DNA of 64,000 nucleotides. Origin: Alphaproteobacteria bacterium (GTDB taxonomy: Bacteria; Pseudomonadota; Alphaproteobacteria; Micavibrionales; Micavibrionaceae). Positions 38,801-47,172 of this stretch are shown here, in pieces. The stretch is taken from the NCBI GenBank assembly GCA_002401965.1, contig NVUR01000001.1, forward strand, positions 87,871-151,870, given 5' to 3'. The notes beneath the pieces were generated by a model. It saw only the letters and a list, made by a program, of their open reading frames with translations. It made no database searches and was not told the origin of the DNA. The translations under genes and the position numbers were made by a program. The stretch's first letter is position 1. Each line of letters opens with the position of its first letter.

Positions 38801-40633
38801 CCAGACAGACTCCTCCGCCTCCGAAGGCTTCACCTCAAACGGTAATTCTGAAATCACGCGCAATCCCATATCTTCCAAAATCGGCAAAACATCAGATAAG
38901 ATAACCGGTGAGCCAACCTGAAACATTTTCAAACGGATCTTCTTCAAATCAATATCATTAGGACGATACAGATCAAGCCCGACAGACCCGCTTTCTAAAA
39001 CATCCTCTATTTTTTCAATATCAAAAACCGCACCTTTTGCCAGATAAGCCGACGTATAGGATATCGGGAATGCATCAGCATAACGAAATGTAAGATTCGT
39101 AATTTTTGAATGATCTTCATACGCATCACTTAACGCCTGTGACAAACGCTCCGCCCATGTTTGCCCACAATCACGTAACCTCTGCTCAATGCGTTTAGGT
39201 ATTATTTTAGGCGGATCTTTCTGACTGACGTTAATCACAAACATAACACGGGCAAAAACCGAATCATCCAACGTTGTATAAAAATTCGAACACGTGCCAT
39301 GTGTTTCTTCTTCTAAAATGTCCTGAATATCCATCCGTAACTTTGTACCAAAGCGATCACGCGGTATATAAACAAGGCAAGAAATATAACGCCCGAACGG
39401 GTCCATCCGCATAAACAGAGCAATACGTTGACGCTCCTGCAAACGAATAATATTCTGGCATACTTTCAACAACTCTTTCGGTTCCATTTGAAACAGCTCA
39501 TCACGCGGATATTTCTCCAGAATATGGCGAAGAGCCTTACAATCATGCGTTCCATCAATATATCCAGAAATCGCAATCGTATCTTCAACTTTAGCACATA
39601 GATAAGGCACATCACCCACGCTGCGTGAATAAGTTACCGATGTGAACAGCCCAAGAAACAACTTCTCCCCAATGACACCACCATCATCATTATAAACCTT
39701 AACGGCAACACAATCCATTGGCACACGCCTATGCACAGTTGCCAAACGATTAGTCTTGGAGATAGAAACAGGCGGCAATTTACGACGCAACTCTTGCAAA
39801 TTACGCGGCAAGCCCTCTTCCGTTTCAGTAATATAGGCCGGACTAACATCATTATGCAGCAAACCTAGGCTCGCACCATTGACTGTCTTACTGTAAATAC
39901 CGTGCTTGCCATCAACAAATCTATATTCCCGATATCCCAATAACGTAAAGTTATTATCAGAGAGATAATCAAGAAACGCACAATATTCCTGTATTTCCGC
40001 CGCGGGCCTACGCGTTCTTGCACCATTCAACGCAGAAGATGCTTCCTTTAACTTTGCCAACATCGCATGCCAATCAGAATTCGCATAAAACACATCATTC
40101 AGCGCGGTATATAAGCCCTCTTGTAAATCTTTTATCGCTTGCTCGGATAACGTTTCGTTAATTTGAACGTGAATATGCGCCTGACGGAAACAATCATCCT
40201 GCACAGCCTTTGCCGTTATCCCCTTCAAATTCCCCTTCTTATCGTAAGATGAGTAAATATTCGGGTGAATCAATATGCCAATTAAAATATTGTGTCTGTT
40301 AATCTCCGCCGCAATTGAATCCACCAAAAAAGCAAGATCATCACTTACGATATCTATAACTGTTTTACGATATTCGCTTCCCTCGACAATCGAAGAATAA
40401 ATTCGCAATTTTGGTTCACCCTTACCGCGTTCTTTCGCCATTTCCCAATGTGACACCGCCATTTCAGACAATATTTTGGGATCAAAAAACTCTAAATCTT
40501 CTTCGTTAATCTTCTGACATAAAATCTCCAGCATATTAACCAAGCCTTCTGGCGACTTAGCAGGAAGTTCTTTCTGTGCTTTTTGCACTAGGAATTCAAA
40601 TTCTTTTTTCTTTTGGGACATATGAGGACACAC
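35804..40633 (-). CDS. NAD-specific glutamate dehydrogenase, large (~180 kDa) Bac_GDH type
   Basis: The 1609-aa length and conserved core (GGLRWSDR, VPVGSKGGF, VVAADKGTATFSD) are typical of the GdhB/GdhZ family. The first ATG may be at 40621. Confidence 0.93.
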   Translation of the reverse strand: MCPHMSQKKKEFEFLVQKAQKELPAKSPEGLVNMLEILCQKINEEDLEFFDPKILSEMAVSHWEMAKERGKGEPKLRIYSSIVEGSEYRKTVIDIVSDDLAFLVDSIAAEINRHNILIGILIHPNIYSSYDKKGNLKGITAKAVQDDCFRQAHIHVQINETLSEQAIKDLQEGLYTALNDVFYANSDWHAMLAKLKEASSALNGARTRRPAAEIQEYCAFLDYLSDNNFTLLGYREYRFVDGKHGIYSKTVNGASLGLLHNDVSPAYITETEEGLPRNLQELRRKLPPVSISKTNRLATVHRRVPMDCVAVKVYNDDGGVIGEKLFLGLFTSVTYSRSVGDVPYLCAKVEDTIAISGYIDGTHDCKALRHILEKYPRDELFQMEPKELLKVCQNIIRLQERQRIALFMRMDPFGRYISCLVYIPRDRFGTKLRMDIQDILEEETHGTCSNFYTTLDDSVFARVMFVINVSQKDPPKIIPKRIEQRLRDCGQTWAERLSQALSDAYEDHSKITNLTFRYADAFPISYTSAYLAKGAVFDIEKIEDVLESGSVGLDLYRPNDIDLKKIRLKMFQVGSPVILSDVLPILEDMGLRVISELPFEVKPSEAEESVWIHDFLLETPEIEDFIVVQDVKENFERAFIKVWNNEANNDGLNRLVLSAGANWREVMILRSYVRYVKQLRFPFSRSYIEKVLTENPMISRFLIDLFKAYHDPKNGKDSDAMVDLLTEKIMSALDKVKSSDYDRILRAMLVLVQATIRTNYFQRQSDGRVKPCLSLKFYCGQIPYMPLPKPFREIFVFSPRVEAIHLRGDKIARGGLRWSDRHEDYRTEVLGLMKAQMVKNSVIVPVGSKGGFVVKTPTNSRAEFMAEGIECYKIFIRGMLDITDNQEGKKIIPPKDVVRRDGDDPYLVVAADKGTATFSDIANGLSQDYGFWLDDAFASGGSAGYDHKKMGITARGAWESVKYHFRLFNHDIQNQPFDVVGVGDMGGDVFGNGMLLSEHINLIGAFNHLHIFCDPNPDTAKSFAERKRLFDCVGGWDQYDEKTLSKGGRIFKRSDKTVKLTSEIKKRFDIEENSVTPNQLIQAMLRARTDLLWFGGIGTYIKATSETDADADDKASDALRVDADEVRAKVIGEGANLGITQLARIEMAERGVSINTDFLDNSAGVDSSDHEVNIKILMRDVMGQKDHGMDLAARNKLLEKMTSEIASHVLRHNYQQAQAISLMEMQAPENLQLHDEFIQDMEREEGLSREIEGLPDQSIIQERLRMGKGLTRPELCVIFAYAKINLTQDLLNSDTPDSSEMNYWIMDYFPDILGQKFEKEILRHRLKREIIATMMANSLINRMGPTFLKSRMNKTGATVNEISQAYIIVRDAFGLRRLWDSIEALDGRVPAQVQLKAMREIVNLSEYGITWFLTRLGRDLDINKDAKEFGAAIQILSQELDKLVPESLQITIKQRQDAALSDGLPKDLARQIALLPVLSSACDIIRIATEQKVDLKNAAQTYFQVGERFHLDWLRQKARFLPQGDHWKSEAANGLMGQLYGCQAGLTVRVLRDAGKKAKDASSFDAWLETHTHHVTQLDPLFADLRRVGTVDLTMLIVAEQRLRGLYGG

Positions 40634-40778
40634 CGATTGGATTTAAATTATACACGCCGTATCATAAAAGGAAAACAACATCGGGTCTAGCCTGTTTCAT
40701 CCGATAGCACATAATTATCACTGTTTTAATTTCAAGAATTTTATATATAGTATTTATGTTGTTCAAAAGGGAGACATA

Positions 40779-41561
40779 ATGGCTTTAAATGGAAAAACTG
40801 CACTTATCACTGGCTCAACCAGCGGCATAGGACTCGCCATCGCGCAAGGCTTCGCGCAACAAGGCATAAATATTATCCTGAACGGCTTCGGCGATCCGCA
40901 AGAAATAGAGGATATCCGAAAAAGTCTTGAGATAAACGGCAACAAAATCACTTACAGCAACGCTGACATGACAAAACCCGATGAAATCGTAAACATGATT
41001 CAAAGCGCAGAGCAAAAATTCGGGGCAATTGACATCCTCGTCAATAATGCAGGCATTCAACACGTATCGCCCATTGAAGACTTCCCACCTGAAAAATGGG
41101 ATGCGATTATGGCCATCAATTTATCCTCCGCTTTTCATACAACCCGCGCCGCAATCGGCGGTATGCGAAAAGCCGGATGGGGACGCATCATCAATATGTG
41201 TTCCGCGCACGGCCTTGTCGCCTCCCCCTATAAAGCTGCCTATGTCGCCGCTAAACACGGTATATTAGGTCTCACAAAAACAATCGCACTGGAAGTTGCA
41301 CAAGATAACATCACATGCAACGCAATCTGTCCGGGCTATGTCCGCACGCCTCTGGTTGAAAACCAAATCGCCGACACCGCCAAGGCCAGAGGAATCAGCG
41401 AAGAAGAGGTTATCCGTGATGTCCTACTCACCGCGCAATGGACAAAGAAATTCGTAACCGTGGAACAAATCTCCGGCATTGCCCTGTTCTTATGCTCAGA
41501 CAGCGCGGAAAATATAACAGGCATTGATTTACGCGTTGATGGTGGCTGGACCGCCGCTTAA
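40779..41561 (+). CDS. bdhA: 3-hydroxybutyrate dehydrogenase
   Basis: SDR with GKTALITGSTSGIGLAIA, NNAGIQH and YVAAKHG; the overall sequence is typical of BdhA. Confidence 0.9.
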   Translation: MALNGKTALITGSTSGIGLAIAQGFAQQGINIILNGFGDPQEIEDIRKSLEINGNKITYSNADMTKPDEIVNMIQSAEQKFGAIDILVNNAGIQHVSPIEDFPPEKWDAIMAINLSSAFHTTRAAIGGMRKAGWGRIINMCSAHGLVASPYKAAYVAAKHGILGLTKTIALEVAQDNITCNAICPGYVRTPLVENQIADTAKARGISEEEVIRDVLLTAQWTKKFVTVEQISGIALFLCSDSAENITGIDLRVDGGWTAA

Positions 41562-41573
41562 GTTTCAAGAATT

Positions 41574-41672
41574 AATCACTCATATCTTTATTTGGACAAG
41601 GCATGAGTGAAGCAGCGTATTCTTATACGTAATGAGCGAATAACGATGTTCCAAGTAAAGATATGAATGATT
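41574..41672. repeat. ~100-nt imperfect palindromic element, copy A
   Basis: The 5' arm AATCACTCATATCTTTATTTGGACA is complementary to the 3' arm TGTTCCAAGTAAAGATATGAATGATT. The central hairpin is GCGTAT-tctt-ATACGT. It shares the blocks ACAAGGCATGAG and AACGNTGT with copies at 52571 and 59347. Confidence 0.6.
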
Positions 41673-43028
41673 ATGTATGATGTAGATTTATTTGTGATCG
41701 GCGCAGGCTCCGGCGGTGTACGTGCAGCGCGCATAGCCGCAGGCCATGGCGTAAAAGTCGCGCTGGCTGAAGAACGATTTTATGGCGGTACGTGTGTAAA
41801 TGTTGGTTGCGTCCCCAAAAAACTTATGACCTATGTCGCTGGATATGAAAGCAGCATGCGCGATGCGCAGGGCTATGGCTGGGACATTGGCGAACGTACG
41901 CTGGACTGGACAAAGTTCATCACGCAAAAAAATACAGAAATTGAACGCCTCAACGGTATTTATGAAAATATGCTTGAAAACGCAGGCGTACAACTCCACT
42001 GGGGCACCGCAACCATCATCGATCCGCATACCGTAAGTATAAACGGAGAAAACATCACCGCAGAGCGTATCCTGATCGCAACAGGCGGCAAAATCTCCGT
42101 CCCCGATATCGAAGGCGCACGCGAACACGGCATAACATCCGACGACATATTCTATCTGGAGGAAAAACCAAAAACTCTGATTGTCGCAGGTGTGGGTTAT
42201 ATCGGATTGGAGTTCGCCGGAATATTTAATCAGCTTGGCACGGACGTACACGTTATATACCGCCGCGACACCATCTTAAACGAAGGATTTGACGGCGATG
42301 TACGCACGTTTTTGCATCAAGAAATGACCAAAAAAGGTCTCCACTTCCATCCAAAAACCAACATCTTACGTGTTGAGAAAACCGATAAAGGCGTAACCGT
42401 ACATCTTGATGACGGCAAAACAATAAAAGCCGATCAAGTCCTGTTCGCCACAGGACGTACGCCCAATACAAACAACCTCGGACTGGAAAATGTCGGGGTT
42501 GAATGCAATAAGGGCGGCGCGATCATCGTTAATAAAGATGAACAAACAAACGTACCCTCCATCTATGCCGTTGGCGATGTCACAGACCGCGTTGCCTTAA
42601 CGCCCGTTGCCTTGGCAGAAGGACACGCCCTCGTCGATCGTCTGTACGCCAAAAGCAACCGCCATATTTCCTACGAAAACATCCCGAGCGCAGTGTTTTC
42701 CGACCCAAACGTCTCGCAAATCGGCCTCACGGAAGAACAAGCACAGGCACAATACCCTGATGAAATCGATATCTATAAATCCGACTTCCGCGCCATGAAA
42801 ATGATATTGGCGAACAGCGAAGAACGTACATTGATGAAACTCATCGTACACAGCAAAACCGACAAAGTTTTAGGACTGCACATGGTTGGCTCGGACGCAG
42901 GAGAAATCGTTCAGGGCTTTGCCGTTGCCATCATTGCCGGCGCAACCAAGGCTGACTTTGATCGCACCATCGGCATCCACCCGACCAGCGCCGAAGAATT
43001 CGTCACTATGCGCACAAAATCGAGCTAG
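41667..43028 (+). CDS. gor: Glutathione-disulfide reductase
   Basis: FVIGAGSGGVRAAR and the redox centre GGTCVNVGCVPKK, with the C-terminal HPTSAEE motif. The start is at 41667 or 41673. Confidence 0.92.
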   Translation: MIMYDVDLFVIGAGSGGVRAARIAAGHGVKVALAEERFYGGTCVNVGCVPKKLMTYVAGYESSMRDAQGYGWDIGERTLDWTKFITQKNTEIERLNGIYENMLENAGVQLHWGTATIIDPHTVSINGENITAERILIATGGKISVPDIEGAREHGITSDDIFYLEEKPKTLIVAGVGYIGLEFAGIFNQLGTDVHVIYRRDTILNEGFDGDVRTFLHQEMTKKGLHFHPKTNILRVEKTDKGVTVHLDDGKTIKADQVLFATGRTPNTNNLGLENVGVECNKGGAIIVNKDEQTNVPSIYAVGDVTDRVALTPVALAEGHALVDRLYAKSNRHISYENIPSAVFSDPNVSQIGLTEEQAQAQYPDEIDIYKSDFRAMKMILANSEERTLMKLIVHSKTDKVLGLHMVGSDAGEIVQGFAVAIIAGATKADFDRTIGIHPTSAEEFVTMRTKSS

Positions 43029-43564
43029 CTTTTAGACTTATTACGCACACGACGACGCTGTACGTGTGCGGGTTTTTCATACTCAACCAACGGGCCGCCG
43101 GGGCGCACCGGACGCTCCGCAAAACGCCCCATACTAATCATCCGGTCATACATCACCAACGCTCCTGCTACACCGACATTCACACAAAATTTCATCGGTA
43201 TTTTAACCACATGATGGCACTTCTCTACGGTTTGTGGAGAAAGATTACCCATCTCCGGCCCCAGAATATAGGCCGCACGTGTCGGATGGCGAAACGTCGG
43301 CAAGTCTATTGATTCATCCGTAAACTCAACCCCCACCAACGTACATTTCATCGGCAGCTCCAGCGCCTCGGGCGAGGTGTACTGATAATACGGCATATGA
43401 TCAAACGCGTCGGATGTATCACTCTTACGCAAGCCCTTAATATCCACGTACGGATTAATAGCAAAGAAAAAACTCGCCCCAAAAGAATGTGCAGAACGGG
43501 CAATCGTGCCGACATTTTGTTCCTTTGTAATGCCCTCAACCCCAATGCCGAAATAACCACGCAT
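43025..43564 (-). CDS. SpoU/TrmH family RNA 2'-O-methyltransferase
   Basis: NVGTIARSAHSFGA, ILGPEMGNLS and IPM...NVGVAGALVMYD motifs. Its 3' end overlaps the gor 3' end by 4 nt. Confidence 0.8.
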   Translation of the reverse strand: MRGYFGIGVEGITKEQNVGTIARSAHSFGASFFFAINPYVDIKGLRKSDTSDAFDHMPYYQYTSPEALELPMKCTLVGVEFTDESIDLPTFRHPTRAAYILGPEMGNLSPQTVEKCHHVVKIPMKFCVNVGVAGALVMYDRMISMGRFAERPVRPGGPLVEYEKPAHVQRRRVRNKSKS

Positions 43565-43577
43565 AACGTACTGCTTC

Positions 43578-44798
43578 CTATTTACAAATCACACGTTCGA
43601 TGCGATCTAACGCCTCAGTTAAACGCTTTTCAGAAACCGCAAAGCATAAACGTATGTACCCCTTGGCTTCCTTTCCAAACGCTGAGCCGGGGGAAAGAAG
43701 TACACTCGCTTCGTCAATCAAACGCTTAGTCAGAGCGATACAATCATCCTCACCATCAACCTTGAAAAACGCATAAAACGTTGATGCAGGGTAAGACATA
43801 CTCACATTACCCATCGCCTTAAAACGCTCCACCACCAAATCACGGTTAGAGTGCCATAACGCCAGTTGATCTTTCAAAAACTCTTCACCGTTCTCCAATG
43901 CCTCCATCGCGCCATATTGTGTAAAGGTTGGCGGGCAGAGCTTATTATACAGCGCAACATCACGGATTTTATCTTCCGCAATACGCGGCCCAACAATCCA
44001 CCCCAAACGCCAGCCCGTCATTGCCCAGCTTTTAGAGAAACTATTCACCACCAACAAGAGATCATCTTCACGCGCAACATCAAGAAAACTCGGCGCACGT
44101 ACACCATCATAAACAAGCCGCCCATATACTTCATCCGACAACACCCAGATACCACGCTCCCGCGCGAAATCAAGGATCGCTCGCAACTCGTCAAGGCGCG
44201 CTGTCCAACCTGTCGGGTTAGAAGGCGTCACAATTAAGATAACTTTTGTTGCCTCGGTAACAGCAGAAAACAATTTATCCAGATCCAATTGCCACTGATC
44301 ATCGATATAATCCAGTGATACTTGCTTTGTGCTGGCCTGTGTTAATTCCACCGCGCCCAGCAAATTCTTCCAAATCGGCGTAATCGCGACAACCTCATCA
44401 CCTTTATCCAGCAATGCAGCCAAAGATAAATGCATCGCCGTAGACCCCGAAGAGGTCACAAAAACACGTTCCGCAGGGATTTCAAGATCATAGATACGTT
44501 GATAATAATCTGATAAACACTCACGCAACTCGTTCGATCCTAAAACAGGCCCATAAAACGTCTTTCCGTCTTTCAACGCTTGCGCCACTGCATCACAGAT
44601 AAAATCAGGGGTCGGCGCATCGCCCTCACCCTGCCCCAACGTAATTATATCTTTCTTACCATCAGCATAGCGCATCATCTCCGCGCCCGGATTGGCCGTT
44701 AATGCATGTAAAACAGGGCGAAATTTAGGCTCTGAGTCTTGATCGGAATTGTTCATATCTTGTGTACTCATCTGTGGAATATTCTGTAATGTCTTCAT
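43578..44798 (-). CDS. Class I/II pyridoxal-phosphate aminotransferase
   Basis: VTPSNPTGW and NSFSKSWAMTGWRLGW motifs. Confidence 0.88.
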   Translation of the reverse strand: MKTLQNIPQMSTQDMNNSDQDSEPKFRPVLHALTANPGAEMMRYADGKKDIITLGQGEGDAPTPDFICDAVAQALKDGKTFYGPVLGSNELRECLSDYYQRIYDLEIPAERVFVTSSGSTAMHLSLAALLDKGDEVVAITPIWKNLLGAVELTQASTKQVSLDYIDDQWQLDLDKLFSAVTEATKVILIVTPSNPTGWTARLDELRAILDFARERGIWVLSDEVYGRLVYDGVRAPSFLDVAREDDLLLVVNSFSKSWAMTGWRLGWIVGPRIAEDKIRDVALYNKLCPPTFTQYGAMEALENGEEFLKDQLALWHSNRDLVVERFKAMGNVSMSYPASTFYAFFKVDGEDDCIALTKRLIDEASVLLSPGSAFGKEAKGYIRLCFAVSEKRLTEALDRIERVICK

Positions 44799-45072
44799 TT
44801 TATTATCTCATAACGTTCTCAAAACAAAAGTAAAAACTCTTATTCTGTTTCATTTAATTTTGTAAGGAAAAATGCGCGGCTCTTGCGCTATGGGCTTATA
44901 TACGGGCGTTGCCCGCCGCATTCGCCGCTGCTGCCGCACTTTGCGCACGTACAAAAAGGGCACTTGTGTAAGCACCTTTAAATTCAGCAACAATGTTACA
45001 TTCGATAGTCATAGAAATATCATATAATGACACAATGCTTTTTGACAAGCTTTTTTAAAACACAGCGACCGA

Positions 45073-47025
45073 TCAAGAACGAAGTTCTTCCAAATCCCGA
45101 TACAAATCAAGCGCCTCAGGATTGGCGAGCGCCTCAACATTCTTAATAGGCCGCCCCATAACAACATCACGAACAGCAATCTCGGTAATCTTCCCGCTTT
45201 TCGTACGTGGAATATCGCTAACCGCTATAATTTTCGCAGGAACATGGCGCGGTGAAGCGCCCTTTCTGATCTGGGTTTTAATTTCTTTGATCAAATCATC
45301 ATCCAACGTACAGCCCTCATTCAAAATCACGAACAGGATAATACGCACATCTTCTTCCCAATTCTGCCCGATCGCAACGCAATCCTGCACGGCGAAGATT
45401 TTCTCTACCTGACCATAAAGCTCCGCCGTGCCAATACGTACACCGCCAGGATTAAGCGTCGCATCACTGCGCCCATGAATAATAAAGCCACTATTTTCGG
45501 TTTTTTCGATCCAATCACCATGACACCATATATTATCAAAGCGATCAAAATATGCCTCGCGATAACGCGCACCATCGACGTCGTTCCAAAAAGATACGGG
45601 CATAGAAGGAAAAGGTTGCGTACAGACCATCTCACCTGAACTTTCGCGCGTTGACGTTCCATCATCATCAAACACATCCAACGCCATGCCTAACCCTGCA
45701 CATTGTATTTCCCCACGATAAACAGGCGACACAGGATTGCCCAATAAAAAACAGGAAACAATATCCGTCCCCCCCGAAATAGAGGCCAAATGCAAATCGG
45801 ATTTCACCGCATCATACACATAATCAAAACTGCTCGGAACCAGAGGAGAACCCGTTGACGTCATCGCCCGCAAATGCGATAAATCATGCGTCTTCTTAGG
45901 CACAATATCATTGGTTTTCATCGCTTCGATATACTTGGCCGACGTCCCGAACAACATGCATTCATGCGCCGAAGTATAATCCCACAGCACGTTTCCATCA
46001 GGATAAAATGGCGAACCATCAAACAGCAACAATGTCGCATTCGATGACAACGCGCTAACCAACCAATTCCACATCATCCACCCACAAGTGGTAAAATAAA
46101 AGACTTTATCGCCGGACTTAATATTGCTTTGTAACTGGTGTTCTTTCAGATGTTGTAACAATGTCCCGCCATGCCCATGCACAATACATTTCGGCGCGCC
46201 CGTTGTGCCAGACGAGAACATAATGAACAATGGATGATTAAACGCAACACGCGTAAAAACAATGTCTGAGGGCGTATATTCACCAATAAAATCATCCGCA
46301 CTTTGCGTATTTGGCAGTGCACTAACCTCCAGATCAGAACCCGCAAACGGCACAACAATTGTACTCACCAGCCCCTTCAATTGTGGTTGGATATCCCTCA
46401 CCTTGCCCAACACATCAATCACCTTGCCATTGTAATAATATCCATCAACAGTGATCAGCAATTTAGGCTCAATCTGTCCAAAGCGATCAACAACGCCCTG
46501 CACTCCAAAATCAGGCGAAGCAGACGACCAAACCGCACCCAAGGAAATCGCCGCCAAAGCCGCGGTAATTGTTTCCATCATATTGGGCATATATCCCGCA
46601 ACACGATCCCCCGCACCAACGCCGCACGCGGTCATGGCCTGCTGCCAGCGGGATACATCATCATAAAGCTGCCCGCGTGTTATTTGGCTCTCCACGCCTT
46701 GCTCATCACGAAAAATCATCGCGCAACCATCATCGCGGCTCTGCAATAAATTCTCGGCGTAATTCAGGCTCGCATCAGGGAAGAACTGCGCGCCAAACAT
46801 TTGCCCGCCATTATCATCCAGTACGCGCGTACCTTTATCCCCGATCACACCGCAAAAATCCCAAACAAGATCCCAGAATATTTCCTTATCCCGTACAGAC
46901 CATTGCCACAAAGCATCATAATCCTTAAAATCATGGCCTGTACGCGTCTTAACCAGCGCCATAAATTCATGCAAAACACTTGAATTTATCTGCTGCTGAG
47001 AGGGAGACCAAAGGGGCGAGCGCAT
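45073..47025 (-). CDS. aacS: Acetoacetyl-CoA synthetase
   Basis: Adenylate-forming enzyme (FSSGTTGAPKCIVH) with the N-terminal LW.PS....... pattern and 650-aa length typical of AACS. Confidence 0.88.
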   Translation of the reverse strand: MRSPLWSPSQQQINSSVLHEFMALVKTRTGHDFKDYDALWQWSVRDKEIFWDLVWDFCGVIGDKGTRVLDDNGGQMFGAQFFPDASLNYAENLLQSRDDGCAMIFRDEQGVESQITRGQLYDDVSRWQQAMTACGVGAGDRVAGYMPNMMETITAALAAISLGAVWSSASPDFGVQGVVDRFGQIEPKLLITVDGYYYNGKVIDVLGKVRDIQPQLKGLVSTIVVPFAGSDLEVSALPNTQSADDFIGEYTPSDIVFTRVAFNHPLFIMFSSGTTGAPKCIVHGHGGTLLQHLKEHQLQSNIKSGDKVFYFTTCGWMMWNWLVSALSSNATLLLFDGSPFYPDGNVLWDYTSAHECMLFGTSAKYIEAMKTNDIVPKKTHDLSHLRAMTSTGSPLVPSSFDYVYDAVKSDLHLASISGGTDIVSCFLLGNPVSPVYRGEIQCAGLGMALDVFDDDGTSTRESSGEMVCTQPFPSMPVSFWNDVDGARYREAYFDRFDNIWCHGDWIEKTENSGFIIHGRSDATLNPGGVRIGTAELYGQVEKIFAVQDCVAIGQNWEEDVRIILFVILNEGCTLDDDLIKEIKTQIRKGASPRHVPAKIIAVSDIPRTKSGKITEIAVRDVVMGRPIKNVEALANPEALDLYRDLEELRS

Positions 47026-47172
47026 ATTACAATCTTTCCTGTTAGAAATAACCCTATGATTCTGTGCAATTTAGTAACGAAAAGCAAGAACTAGCGAATA
47101 AGAATTCATAAGATGTTATCTTTACGATATAAATAAAGTGAATTTGATTCGCTGGATATAGATCAGGAGCCT

